Part shown: positions 44,201 to 57,893 of the stretch, piece after piece
Layout: the number at the start of each line of letters is the position of its first letter
Position numbering within the stretch: the stretch's first letter is position 1
Assembly (NCBI GenBank): GCA_036172245.1
Contig: JAYWIR010000047.1
Span: 992,001-1,056,000, forward strand
Direction: 5' to 3'
DNA: 64,000 nucleotides
Source: Raillietiella orientalis
Lineage: Eukaryota
Program-made: the position numbers and the translations under genes
Notes under the pieces: model-generated
Told to the model about the DNA's origin: nothing
Databases searched by the model: none
Seen by the model: the letters and a program-made list of their open reading frames with translations, nothing else

Positions 44201-46189
44201 CATATATAGATATGGATACATGAGTTGAGTTCGGATGGAAAGCATTTTCAAATGCGTAACAGATTAATTAACGGTTAAAACCAACTGAACCACAAATACT
44301 TGAATCCCATCGGCCGAAATAAATTGGGTCATTAAACGAAAAAGTGTTCCACGGGTCCCCACATTCCATTTACAAAATCGTTTCCTATTCTGCCCTCAGT
44401 TCAGGGCACGTACAAAACCCAAGTTCGGTGGCGTGCGCCAAACCGTCCGTCGTCCAACTCTTTTGCCAACTCTTTTTCTTTTCTTTCTAATGTGACGAAG
44501 GTGCAACAACAGTGAGAAAACAGTGAGAAGCTGTGGCTGATTCTATCGGCATCAACTTGGTGGCTTCCGGACGGAAAAGTTTTGTCCGGGCGCCGAGACG
44601 AAACGTCGACCTGAGAGAAGTGAGTTTGCCGAAAAGCTTTTCGAAGCCCCTCGAGCACGCACGTTAACGATGCCGTGTTTGCATCTCAAACAGCAATCTC
44701 ACCGTCTGTGCATTTACGAATCCAGAGAAGCCAACAAGCTAATAAATTTCAACACGATTGCAGATTCGAAAAGAAACGGCTCGTCCTCCACCACCGGCCC
44801 GGGTGGCTGGCTTTCTCTGAATTGCTGTGCACTCTTACAAAAGAATGGGTTAACAAAACCCTATGATGCAAATCCAACTGATGTCCCCCTCCCCCCCCCA
44901 AAAAAAAATAAAAAAAAAAAAAACAGATCTAAGCGATTTTTTTTTTTTGAACTTGTGAACGTTTAGGCAGCCAACGTTAAGTGGAAGTGCAACAAGGATT
45001 TTTGCAATACAACGGCAAAGAAATACGTCTGGTATCCCCTCTTCCCCCCCCCCCCCTCACACACGCGGAGTGCCGAAAATTACCACAGCACACACGCACA
45101 TATACCGGAAATATTCTAATCTTTTGGAAGGTTGAAAACATCATTTTTGAAAGAGATGCTGAAATATGGAAATATGAGATGCGAAAAGTCATAGGAATAC
45201 CCGCGCATCTTCGAAGCCTTTGCCCGATAGCTTTCGTGGTAATTGCCCATAGTTTCGAAGCAGAACTCAACTGCGTGGCTTGGCTTGGCTCGTGCTCCGT
45301 GAAGTCTCCGTCTACTCTTGCACAAGAGTGACAGATTCGCATTGAGGTGCCTAGGGAAGCCGAAGAGGAGACCGAAAATGCCTCCAAGTCGTGATGTTTT
45401 TATCTGTGCACAAGCTGTTTTCTTTGGTTGCTAAACGCAGGGAACACGTCTCACTTTTGAGCGATGAGCAAAAGCCTCTCCTCGAAAAAACCAAAGGCAA
45501 AGGAACATCGTTTTCATCCAGCCGTTTTTGAACTGGAATTTTATGGACGTTTCGGATCTTTCCTTGAACAAAGAATTGCATGTGCCCTTACCGGTTCTTC
45601 GACCTACGTTTCTATTTCTTGGAGAAGTGTTTCCTGGTTGTTGCGAGCACCGCTATAAATTTGGCTCATGGGCAATAACCGAGCTCTGATGTAATGATTC
45701 TTCTCGACACAGATTCGGCACGCTTCCTATTTCCTCATTTCAAGCGGTCACAGTTTTATGTTTCATTCCCTGTTTTGCACACCCAATAGGTGCGACTGCA
45801 ACCTCCATGAGGCGAAACCTCGGTCATGAGCTGCATGAGCGTTGCCTTCCTGCTGCAGCAGTTGCCACTCGTTCGCAGTGCCATGCTGGTGGCACTTGGC
45901 TCATTCTTCCGCCCAATTTTTTTTTTTTTTTTCGCAGCCACTTCAGAATTTACGGACCATTCGAAATTCCTCATTGGACCGACTATTCGGGGAAAATCAA
46001 TTCACCGGAGATCATGGAGAAATTCCAAGTACAAGCGATTAAAGAAAACATACACACGAGGTTTCAAGGTTTTTTGGTGATTTATTTTTAGAATCCAGAA
46101 CCAATTTTAAATTTTCCACAAAAACGCACACACACAATTCAGAACGATACAAATCGTTCTGAATTGGGTCTCCCCCCTCCCCCCCCCCA

Positions 46190-46265
<76 letters not shown>

Positions 46266-49200
46266 TTGAAACAAGGACTGCGAACTATCGGAAGAAGGAC
46301 AAGGAAGGAGCGAAGTGAGTGTATGACAGTTCCTCTGAAGATGGTAAATCGGAAGACGCACACGCGCACACCGCCTATAAATCAAGCGTGGAGAACCAGT
46401 GAAAAGTCCAGCTTTTCGAAACGTTAAGGCTGTCATTAAATTATCACTACTCATGAGCCATGAACTGCTATTCACTGAAACAGGAAGATGCCAAACTGCA
46501 GCAGAGATTAATGCTTTCCTTTCTGTTTGTCTCCCCTCGAGTTTGGAACTTTCAGGCTCTGTTTGTGAGAGATTTCTTTATCGATTCTCCTTTTTCGACT
46601 TGAGAGAAGTTTATCGCCCGTATTTGCACACCGCCGTCAGTGGCCAAGACTTGCATCCCATTTCTGCATCCGCCTTCTGATGTCCTCGGTGTTGCAGACG
46701 AAATTCATCCTTCTTGTTGCTTCGCTCGGTGAACATGGCAGAAATCCTAAAATATGGAGATGGGCGCGGTACTTGTTCCGAGGAGAATGGCTCGCGTTTA
46801 GCAGGGGAATTGATTTGTATACGGTGTTTCTTATGCTAACGCTGAGACTCTCTCTCTCTCTCTCTCTCTAAGCAAAGTCCCCTCAAAAAGATCCCTGTAT
46901 CAGAGCTGGCGACCAAGTCTCGCAAGGTACAGCTGCTTCTGATGCCTGAATTTACATAACTTGTTATCCTTAACCCGTGCTCAACTTGTGATCGTTTGGT
47001 TCTCAGTTACTTCGAGACAGAAGCTAAGTGGATTGCAAACGAAAGTGCCTCCATCTTTCCAAACTGCTCTCTCCTTTCCATTAAAATCCACCCGGGCACT
47101 TCGGGGCATGGAATTTTCACCTTTGAAAGCGATCCCGACATAGGATGGAGCTACTGCTGGCTGAAATCCAATGTCCAGAACAGATCGCGGGCACCTCTCC
47201 TTCCGAAATCAGATTGCTTTCAAGTAGAAACCAAGGATTCGCGCCTAGGAATGTGAGACACCTGCAGAGACGGAGGATTTTTTTTCTTGAGAAAATGACG
47301 TGCATCCGGCGCAAAGGCCCTGGTCATGACTACTCGGGGCTTCTTTGTATGAAAAACGGTCATCTTTCTGTGCCATCTAACCTTGTTGCACTGGAGATGT
47401 CGAACATACTTTCCGCTGTCAAATATATCACATTCGAAACGGCATTCTGACCGGAAGACGACGATGCTTTCGATTGCTATGCAGCTGCAGATGCAGAAGA
47501 TCCAAAAAGTGGCTGTTGCGTGGCTGTGGAGGAGGAGCGTGCTTTTCCCATCTGTTACAAACGCTCGTTTAGGGTTCTTCGACTTCCCCATCTGAAACTT
47601 GATCCTCCACATCTGAAATGTCCTGCGTCTCCAGAGCGATGTTTTTGAAGATTCAGCTTTGCAAGGCGTTTTCCACCCGCTGGACCACGCAGGAGGGCCT
47701 GTCGCAAGCACTGCGTGAAGGTCTCTGTCGGAGTGAGACACATTCTTCGTTCCGTACAGTCCTGCGTAAGCGCTCCTCTGATCCTCTCCAGAGTCCCGAA
47801 GCAGTGTTCATCTGAACCTATCTCTTGTCTTTTCTTTGTTTATTGGACTTGTCTTTCGATTTCCTGACCGCTTTCGCTGCTATTAATTAGTCGCTTCCTT
47901 CTAAAAGAAAAAAAATCAGCCCTCTCGATCAGGAAATGAAAGGTTTTTATGGATCGAACGTTGCAGTGTCGTAATTATCCGAGGAAACATTTCTGAAGGG
48001 CCTTTTCCAGAAACGGTGTCATTCGAGCGTTGGAGCATCGCTGCCCACACGGTTGGAATCACTTCCCAAAGGGACAGTTCTTCGCTGCTTTCCTCCGACG
48101 GCGAGAAGGAAAACACACACACACACACACATACAGGTGTTTTCCAAGGAACCACTTGAAGAGGATTGGGGTTGGAACAGCCAACGTGCCATTCTTCTTC
48201 CCCGATCCGTCAAGAAACGCGACGTGGCTCGCTCCACATGGCTGGAATCATTTCGTCTGAAGATCAGTCCTGCGATAGGAGTGGTGGGGGGCCACCCTCC
48301 CTCCATGTTGGCATCCGTGCAGCCAGACCAGGAGCACCTAACGCGACCCAAGCAAATCCGAGCTCTTCGCATACGCGTTCAGCTGCATTACAACTCAATG
48401 CTTTCCATTTCTACGGAAGACGGGATTCTCCCGTAGGTCTCCCATCCAGCAGAAACAGTGATGAAAGTGATCTTGTGCTACTTTGAACTGATTTGCATTC
48501 TTTTTTGGTTCTCCCTTTTCGTTTTTTGTTTTTTAAAAAAGGCAACAACTGATGGAATAAAGCAATAAGTTATATAGAGAAGGTCTTTTCAACCAATGTT
48601 TTTTTTTTTTTTTTTGCGTTCCCTTCTTTGGCTAGCGTTTATTTATTGCAAGAGGTGGAAGAGCTGCTGCTGCTGAGGATTCTTCAAACTTTCCATCTTC
48701 TGTCCATGCAGCGCGGCACACCTCTACGAATCGCTCTGCCATTCCGATCCTCAACGGTACGATGCGCGTTACTGAGCGGATGTCTTTCGCACCCCTTGGC
48801 TGGTCGACCAGAGGGAAAGGAGATTGCGGCTGGCAGCGAAATGAAAGGCCTGCGTTTCCGAAGAGCGGAGACCTTGCACTCCGCCGCGCCAGCGGAAAGG
48901 GTTGCTGAGGTCGCGTTTGCCACTTCATTCAGCGCGAGACCACAGATCGGCGGTCGCTTCTTCGCGTGCTGGAAGAAAACTTTCCCTTTCCCTCGTGTGG
49001 ACACCGGCAAGGGACACGAATCTGCCTCGCGGGAGATTCGGTTCGACCTTCCCTCCCCTCCCCGTCCCTCCCCAAGCCGAGACCGCGCAAGGATAGGAAA
49101 AAAAAAAAAAACTCCCGGTGCGGTCCACTTCCTGGAAACAAAGAGGAAGTTTCTGCACACCTGTCCGCTCTCCGTGACGGTCAGTCCCATCCCGCAGCCA

Positions 49201-52200
49201 GAAGGACACCTGCCTGCCTCGGCGTTTCCACGGGAACCCGGAGAAGTTTTCGGACTCGTTCCGTTACTCGACGATTGCGCACCTCCTCTTCCTCCTCCGC
49301 GGTCCCACTCCCCTCCAAGGAAGGGAGGGTCCCCCCACCCCCCGGCTCTCGGGACCATCCTCGCGGAGCTGGAGTTGGCGGACGGTTGGTGGGCCGAGAG
49401 GCGCGCCCCCGTTCGAGTGCCGCAGCCGACTCCCTGCCTTTCAATTTATTGCAGGGGAAAGCGGCGTTTTCACTCCCCGCTTCGAGCACCCGGACGCCTT
49501 CCCTCCCCCCCGCCTTCCCAAGCCCCTCGCGCCGGCGGATTCTCCAGAGAGGGAACGGCGAGGAATTCCGTCCCTTTAGCTGGCCATAAATAAAGAGAGA
49601 CCTCTCCGGCTCGCGGGGATCCGAGAGACGGTGGTGGTGGCAGCGCAACCAACCACTTTCGTCGGGCAGCTCACGCCGAGCTGGAGGAGGATTCCTTCCT
49701 CCCCCGCCCGCTTTCGAGCCCCTCCTTCCTCTGGCGGTGGGCGCCCGTCGTCCGCGGGGGCACGGAGCGGCTAGTGCGGGGGGAAGGAGGCTGCAGCCGG
49801 CCGCCTCCCGACGGGCTTGCAGGGCCCCGCAGAAGGTCTTTTGGCTCACCATCACCACCACCGCGCCTCAACGGCGGCGCGCTGCTTTCCTCATCGCCAC
49901 ACACCGGGATGCAGAAGAGAGAGTGCCCTCGAGGCAGAGTTTTTCGCGGCGCGCGCGGACACGCGGAGGAACGCAAAGCCGGACACACTTGTCCTCGCGG
50001 AGCCGTCCGGGTCGCCACGCGAGCCACCGCTTCGGCCACACACGCCCTTCGCTCCGAAAACGGCGCTGCCGACCGCGAAAAATAAACGACCGGGAGCCAC
50101 GGCGGGGACAATGCAAGTGATTTACCTTCTTCTCCAGCACGGAATTCTCTTTGTAAATATGCAGGATGGCCTGAGCCAATCTTATTCCAAACACCTTTAT
50201 TGCCGACACAACACTGCTGTCACTGTATTCTTCCAAGAACACCAGCATTCTGTCCGAAGCCATTACGTAATCGTTCCACGGGACGCTTAGCACCGAAAGG
50301 GGTTCTAAGCAACTGTTAAAGACATCTTTACAGTATCCCTGACAAGGTCTTGCTCCACTGATTAGCACACACTTATCACAAAACATTAATTTCGTCACTT
50401 CGCGTCCACAGTTTGCGTCCAACATAAAGATGTCCGTTTCATTGAGAACTGAGAGACCAGTATCGATAGCAAGCAAGAGTCTTCTACTTACTTCCACACT
50501 GTGCGCAAGGCTCGATCCCAGCCACTGGGGAAAATTTTTGAAAGGCTGCAGATCCTCGAAGGATCGGATCATGCAGTTCTCGGAGACCCCGTTCACGTTC
50601 AGGATCTTGTTAAAGTAATGGAGGTACGAGGTGCTCAGGAGGCTGGACACGAATTCGCTGATGTGCTTTTCGGTGCTCGCACTGCCATCTGTTAGGTGGA
50701 TCGCGTCGAGGATGGCGCCGAAAACGGAAGACGCAGATGGCGCCACCGAATTGAAAAAGTCTCCGTAAGCCTGCTGGAAGGCCGTCGCGGTTTCGTTGTA
50801 AGTCGAGATGATGGCCGCCGTGACGTGACCTGGAAAGACGAAAAAAGGAAAAAGGCGTGAGCGCGCGTCTGGAGTCGTGAAGGGTCGCCACCCGATCCGC
50901 GAGCGGAGGAGCCAGAAAAAAAAAAAAAAGAAAAACTTTCCGCAAGATGGAGAGAATGCGGGATCCGCTCGGCCTCCCGGCACACGCGCCCCTCCTTTCG
51001 GGCGGCACGCACACCGGGAGCGGCTGGCCGGTTCGGAGAGGCGGCGCAGATGAAAACGCGAGCAAGGAACTGGTCGCGCGGCAACTGGGGTGAAGTGTCG
51101 CGATCCCGCTCGGCAAGAAAGCCTCAGGAAGCTGGCCGGCTCCCCCCTCCCTCCTCATCCTCCGGATGGACCATAGGCGGTGCCTCATGCTCTTTCGCGC
51201 GTCCTGCGGACGGAGAGCAAAGAGAATTTCGGAGAGACGGGAGATACGGATGGACGGCCTGCGCCCCTCGTCTCGTCTCTGCTTTCCGTGGAGCACCCTC
51301 CCGGGATGTGGACCACCGCGGTGGAGCGGCCGGCGCGGAAGCAGAGAGTCAGCTCGTCCGGCTGTTCTTCAGGCCGGCGAAGGTCCGTCGAAGAAAGACG
51401 CTTGCGGAGGCGATACCGGGGTCTTCGCTGCGTGGGCGGCGGGCGCGCCCCGCAGCAGGGGGTCGCCGATTCGATTTGCTCGCCAGAGTCCGGACACCAT
51501 CCGTTGCCGCAGTTACCTCCTGCATGCTTCGCGCTGTCGCCATCGTGACCGGAATCCCTTCGGCGCGCGGGGGGCAACCGCAGGCGCCGGATTTTTCCTT
51601 TCCCCTCCCCCCGCTTCCCCCCGGCTGCGCGGCAACCAGCCGACGCGGGGCGCGGGTGTCCTCCCGTTCCTGACAGCTTCTGCCCCGCGGAGCACCCGCG
51701 CCCTCCGTCCCGCGACCCGATTCCTCGCTGGTGGCGCAGCGCCACGAGCCCGCTCGGGAGGGTTGCCAGGTTGCCAGCCGCCCGGTCGCTGAGGAAGGAA
51801 AGGAATTGGCTGCGACGCGACGAGGGTGGGGAGAACAGCAGCCCCCCTCGGAGGTGCGGTGCGTTCCACGCGCTGAAGACCCAGTTAAGCAGCTAGGTCG
51901 CTCCCAGTCGGAGGCGGGGGAGGGAAGCGTCGCGAGGGGAAACCGCCGCGGCAGCTGACGGTCGCGCGGTCTCTCCAGGGGCGGAGAGACAGGCTGAGAG
52001 GACGTGGAGGCTTCCGGATCCACCAGGAGGAACGGAGAGACCCGGGCAAGGAGGAGAGGGGGGCGGAGGAACATCGACCAAGAGGGCACGAGCACGGGAC
52101 GGAGTAGGGAGAGGAGCAGTCTCTCTAGGAGTTGGTTGCCGGGAAACCACCATCACCCCTGCCGCCGGAGCATGGGGAAGAGGAAGGGGGTGGTGGTGGG

Positions 52201-54342
52201 GTGAAAAAGAGTGGCGCAGGTGCCCTCCCCCCCCTTTTTGCGAACGGTCGAGTGGGGTACGTCTGAGGGAGCGAGGAAGGGAACGAGGAGGAGGAGGGAC
52301 CCGCGGATGAAGTCCTGGCCACCCCTTCGGGAGACGGCAGCATCCCCTCCGGCCCCTGTTTCTCGTCTTGCTTCCCCCCTGCGTCTCCCGAGGAGGAGAA
52401 AGCAGGTGGTGGTGGTGGGGTTCCCGGGCCTGGGATGAAAATGTCAGTCCAGAATCTCCCGGAGAAGAATTCGGGAAGAGCGCGGGAACCACGGGAGAGA
52501 AGGGGAAGAGGCTGGGGTCGGCCTTCTCCCGGGGTCGTCGTCGGTCCAGAGGACGCAGCATCGCTGCTGGCATTCCTTTTCCGGTTACTTTTTCCGAGAG
52601 CTTCCAGGAGGGGGGCGGGGCAGGAGATTCCCCCTCTTCCCTCAGGGGGGAAGAAGCTGCGCAGCTGGACCGGCTTTCCTACCGGAGGCGGCGGCGGCCT
52701 GGGCCAGGCCCGCCCGGCGCCCCCGGGGGCGGGGCGCATGGAGGGGGGCGGGGCCGCCGCGCGCGCTTGCGCACTCACCCAGGTAGTTGCTCTTCTCCAC
52801 CCGCATGACCGCCCGGAGGGACGACGTTCCCTTCCGCAAGCGTTCCCTGATCTCGTCGGCCGCCCTCGCGAGGAGGAGCGACTCGATGGGAGGAGGGCAG
52901 CAGGGACTCTTCCCGGGACAGACTGCGGTCTCCTCGGGCGGCCCTGGAAAGCATCAAGGAAGATCCGAGGTCAGTGGCGCCGCTACCCGGCTTTCCCCGG
53001 AGGCGGCGGGCGGAACCCAAGACGTTCCGAGCGAACGCACCTCGGCGCCGAGGGGCCTCGAGCCGGAGGACGGCTCCCACGCCCCGCCGGTGTCTCCTCG
53101 CACTCCTCCCTCCTGCGCGCGGCCCCCGCTCTCGCCCGCGATGCATGCGCGAGCGAGGGTCGCGCACGCACGCGCTTGCGCCCATCGTTCGATGGGTGGT
53201 CGGCCGGTTTTCCGAACGGAACGCCCTCAGGTCAGGTGGGCAGGCAGAGAACCCGGATGACTCGCAGCGACCGCTCGCAGCACGCGCGCGGCGGGTCTCG
53301 TCGTGCGGAGCCCCTTCCTCGAGAGGGGAGGCCTGCGGCCATAGGGAGCGTTCCCGTACCTGTCCCTGCCAATCATCGTCGCAGCGGGCAGGCGAGGAGG
53401 CACGGGAAGCGGGCGCGGCGGAGCCTCCGCGGGCGAGGCCGGGAAGGAACCTGTGGTGGAGGCGCGAGCGCGGAAGAGTCCCGCCGCCGCCGCCGCCGGT
53501 CTCCCGGTGCGTTCCGCCCGCCCGATCCCGCGTCCGGGTGGATCGCGCGCGCGTTGCACGCGGGCAGGGGCGCGCAGCATCGCCGCGTCCCGGAGCGCCG
53601 CTTTCCGCAAACCAAGCTCGGACTCGGCTCGCGGGCCATGTGGTCGCGCACCGTTGCCACCGCGCTGTCATGGCGACCTGCACGCGCGCCGTGCCCGAAC
53701 CACTGCGCGAGCAAGTCCTTGCTGCGGCGCTCGTAACGGGGAAAGTAGTGCCAGCTGTTTTTGCCGGTTGTGGGCTCCGTGTAATGAAAAACCACTGCTC
53801 GTTCCGTAGCAAATCATGATAATCATTCACTGACAGAGATCACAGGAGTGTGAGGAGGAAAAAGCAGTATCGTTCAGGCCCAGTTTTCCACTTGCTTCTG
53901 TTTTTCATCGTATCCAGGGCGATGATTCCACAGCAAAAGTGACAGTTTGCATTTTACGATGGTCGCCATTTCTTTCTTTCTTTCTTTTTTTTCATTTCTT
54001 TTTTTTGTCAAACTGTGTTCTTTTTCCATTTGCGGCAGCTTGTCTTCACGCCCCAAGATGATGCATGACGTACTCGTGCTGCTATAGCCCGGGAAGAACC
54101 GAGGCTTGTTCTGGTGGAACCGCCATCCATCAGGGACGCATACCACCGAACTTGGCCCTGATTGATAGGCTCGCGCGGAAACTGCACTTTGTTTTCTTGC
54201 GATCCGGATGCGAGCACTCTTTTCAGCGCGTAGTCATCCGAGATGCCGGAATCCGAGTGCAAAGTTTCTCCACGTGATGCTCAAGGAAAAACGTCTCCTC
54301 GTTCGGCACCAGTCATCGAAGAACAGGGCCGCGCCTATCCCT

Positions 54343-54376
<34 letters not shown>

Positions 54377-54793
54377 AAAGCAGAACCTTCCAAACATGGA
54401 CTTCCAGTTGCACGAAAACCCGAAAGATAGAATTAATCACTGTCGTGTTCCATCCGTTCCGAGTCAGTTTTAATCTTGCAAAAACAAAAGACGTAGGACG
54501 CGATCCGGTGAACTTCAGCATGAGGTGTGTGGTCGTCGGATCACAATGGCGGCGCAAATTTCGAGGGTTTTTTTTTTTTCCTTTTTTTTTTTTTCTTTTT
54601 CCCGTCGAGGAGAAGCAGGACATTCGGATTCCAAGTGAAGAGCTCGACAAGAGAAAGGCGGCGCAATTGTGCGCGCGGAGGAAATCGGAAACACCCTTGA
54701 GGAAGTAGCTGGAACAGATTCTGACCACGGTCGATCCGGTGAGCTGCATGGGAGCCACTGCGCTTTCGCATCATTTCGGCCTTCGGCTCCGCA

Positions 54794-54840
<47 letters not shown>

Positions 54841-55881
54841 CCCGACGACCAGGTCTCCTCCTACCGTCGGCGCGTAACGACCACCAGAAACCTCGCAAGG
54901 AAGGCCTTCTTCATCTCTGAGGCTTTCCCTTTGCTGTTGCCGCACGCGCGACTGCGCCGTGCTCCGTCCACGCAGAGCACAGCACTGGCCGTGCTCTGCT
55001 GCAGCTTCCGAAGTCTTCTGCATCGGATGCCAGCAGGCCCGTCGTTCAGAAAACGCCTCGCATCCGTTTCCTGCCGAGGCGACCTTTCGCAAGACTAACG
55101 CGACACGTGGGCAGTACTCGTGGGCCTGATCCGCGTACCCCCGCGCGCACGGGACGCGGGGTCTCCCAAGGTGGGTGGTGGGGTGGGGGACGGGGACGCA
55201 CGTCCCGCCCGCGGAGTCGGGTCGGCGGGAACCGAGGTTTTCGCCCTTCGCGCCGCCACCCGGCGCAGGTCGTTTTCTCGGGCGTTTTTCAAGCGAGGGA
55301 AAAACCCGAAACGCCGCGTGGATAGGACGGAGGAGGGAAGAGCTTGCCCCACCCACCCCCACCCCTCACCCCCGCTTGCGCGCGCGTTTCCGTCCCGCTG
55401 CGAGGATGGAAACGCGACCAGCTGACTCTTTAGCGACCAGCAGCAACAACAACCAGCCCTGCGCGCCGGCTCTCTGAGACTCGCCTTGCCCGACGCACCC
55501 TTTGCTGAAAAAGCCGTTCCGGTGGTTTCCCCGCTTGCGATTCGGAGGGACCACCGTGGGACCCGGCATTCGCCTTGTCGCGCGTGTGCAGGTGCAAGTG
55601 CGAGCCGTTCGCCCCTCCACCCTTTCCTTCCCTCCCTGCTTTCTTCTCCTTCTCCTTCTTCTTCTGCTGCTGCTCCTTCATCATCATCGTCGTCGTCGTG
55701 GCCATTTCCGCTGGCGCGGCCGTGGAGCCGAAAGAGTCTTCGGGATTTCCAACCGTTCTTTGTGATGAACACGGAACACGCAGCGTTCACGGAAATCTCC
55801 CTGGAGCTCCACGGCTGGGATGCATATCGTTTTTCCGACGGAATAAAAAGATCTCGGAATCCGAGAAACGCATTCTATGAT

Positions 55882-55912
<31 letters not shown>

Positions 55913-56623
55913 GCTTTTTTTTTTTTTTTTTTTCTTTCAGTCCTCGCTCCCCCCCCTTCCTCCTTCTTTCGTGATCTTGCTTTATCTGTCATCTCATATT
56001 TTGTTAAAACAGCAAAATTAGATATGCATCTCGAGTCTCGTTCGATTTTCGAACGTTTCTCCTTTAAGAAAAAATCGACGCTGATTTTTCAGCCTCCCTT
56101 TCTCCTCCCCCGCAAATTCTTCTCTTCTCATGCGGTCTCGAAAAATTCGGAGAATGGAAAAATAGCAATCAAGACGTAACACGCTCCTTCCGAGCTGAAT
56201 ATGGGTAACGATTTCGTAAGCGGATGGAAAAGGCTTGTGGATCGCAGGTGATGGAATGCCTCCTTACCACCTGCTCCGTCCGCGAGGGAAGCTGCCGAGT
56301 TTTCGGAATTCCTTCAGGGAAAAAGCTGCGGATTTTTTTTTTTTCCCTGACGGACGGGTCACTTGGTAGGGAACGCTTGTTTAAAACACACACACACACA
56401 CACACACACGCACGCACGCACGCACACGCAGGCAGGCAGGCAGACGCAATAGCTTTTGATTTGTCAACAAAAACACACGCGTGGAGAGCGAGCGAGGAGG
56501 AGAGGGGGGGAGGCGAGGAGGAGGAGGAAGAAGAAGAAGACGCAAGACAAAGCAAAGAAGAAGAAACTATTTTTAAAATGTGCGGAAGCAAATCAAACGT
56601 GCAATCAGTGCCAGCAGCGGCAC

Positions 56624-56654
<31 letters not shown>

Positions 56655-57893
56655 TTCACCTCCGTCTTTCAATGAGCCCAACAAAAACAGTTGATGGCTG
56701 GAATTCCGTCCAATTAAACTCGAGTTAATCTTTCGGCTGCAAGGAAGGGGGGGGGGGTGGAAGCGAGCGACGGTGCATACCTTCCCCCCACCACCACCAC
56801 ACCACCGGCACGGTGCGTGCACGCGTGCGGAACACCACCGTGCTTCCGGCGATCAGCACGTGCCCGTGCAGATCGCACACGGCACGCGTGCGAGCGCTGG
56901 ACCGGTGCGCGGGGAGGGCACGTCCGTGCACACACATCCCGCAAGGCAAAGAAGCGTGCCGCCACCAATCAAGGCGTGCACTCGCTCGCGTGGCAAGGAA
57001 AGTGAAGGTGACCGTGCTGCAACCGCCTGGAAAGCATCATTCAAACTGGAGCAAAGCGAGGAGCACTAACAAAACATAAATTTCCGCGGCGCGCTGGGAG
57101 AGAGATGAAGACGTTTTCCTCCGGCGTGGCAGCTCCGAAATCATCCGAATTCGTCTCGTTCGATCGGAGCACACGGCACCGTCTCATTCTGCTTCCCTCT
57201 TCTTTTGTCTTCCTTTTTTTCCCTTTCGCCGCCGAGGCGGTTTTTCTTTCCGCTTCGGGAAAACGTCATCGGGGACGGGGCTGGATGCGGCGCGCCAGCG
57301 CAGTGGCGCGACTCCGAGAGAGGCACTGCTGAAAGCGCGCGCCGGCAGGCCCTGGTGCCGGCCGGCGCCACCGGCACTCGGCTGCTGCCCGACCGAACGG
57401 TGAACGGTGGTGGGCAGCCCCCCTAACCGGGCCGGACTCCACAACGACCCCCCCCCCCTTCCCTCCCTCCCTCGTGCGCTTCCCCTTCCTCTCACCCCAC
57501 CCCCCCTCGCCTCCCTTCCCCATCTCCCCCCGCCTCCGCCGGAACGCCAAACGGAAAGGAGCCCAAGCGACACCCGACATGAACAAATGTGTGCAACTTA
57601 CGCTGGGAGAGAACGGTGGAATTGGGCATGTCTCCAGGCTGGTGGTAGGCTCGTATCAGGTCTTGGATTTCGTAACACGCGGGCTGGACGGTGGGGTCGG
57701 GACGGGTCTGCTGCGAAGGGTCAGCCGAATTCGGCAGCGCGAGGCCCGATGCCCCAGCCACGGTGACCACCAGCAGCAGCAGCAGCAGCAGCACGAAAAG
57801 CAGCGGCGGGTCCGCCGGCAGCAGCGAGCGGCTGTGCGGGGCGCGAGCATTCGTGAGCACGAGGGATGCGGGAGACACTCGCACGGGAGGCAT
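41251..57893 (-). CDS. Glypican (GPC3/5-Dally subfamily), at least 6 coding exons; last exon unresolved
   Basis: Exons 57893-57602 (Leu-rich signal peptide, CYEIQ), 52943-52779 (VCPGKSPCC..IE), 50829-50126 (CGREVTKLMFCDKC...PCQGYCKDVFNSCL), 44051-43807 (LPDFVC..CWNG), 43722-43626, 41398-41251 (acidic EGSG/DGSG heparan-sulfate sites). All GT-AG with matching phases. One large exon 3 is typical of GPC3/5. Confidence 0.88.
45170..45750 (-). mobile_element. Possible RTE-like RT C-terminal remnant in glypican intron 3
   Basis: LGYCP*AKFIAVLA, TLLQEIE, NITTWRHF, ASKLWAITTK..QRL in expected order; weak. Confidence 0.3.
46193..46263. repeat. (CA)n microsatellite, about 35 units
   Basis: Direct reading. 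Confidence 0.95.
47050..48470 (-). mobile_element. Degenerate LINE RT remnant in glypican intron 3
   Basis: LP*KWKA, HSYRR, VER..RFL, NPLQ.G, PTVW..ML, SAYA, DLHAVL...WSSGWK, PKRAFVTD..T...SH in RT order. Confidence 0.45.
48640..49500 (-). mobile_element. Degenerate Ty3/gypsy integrase remnant
   Basis: SPG...AGR, SFW..GM...C, AGVHTR, PFIS, and GMAERFV (48725-48745; cf. NGxAERFV integrase E motif). Confidence 0.45.
51300..52550 (-). mobile_element. Degenerate LINE RT remnant in glypican intron 2
   Basis: SSPGDSGLTF, LPKGW, QLLERLL, GAPRG (51682-51696; cf. GVPQG), RAEGI (51553-51567; cf. YADDI) followed by ARSMQEV. Confidence 0.5.
54796..54834. repeat. (CT)n microsatellite
   Basis: Direct reading; similar shorter tracts near 46848 and 55883. 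Confidence 0.95.
56625..56654. repeat. (CAG)n trinucleotide repeat in glypican intron 1
   Basis: Direct reading. Confidence 0.9.
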
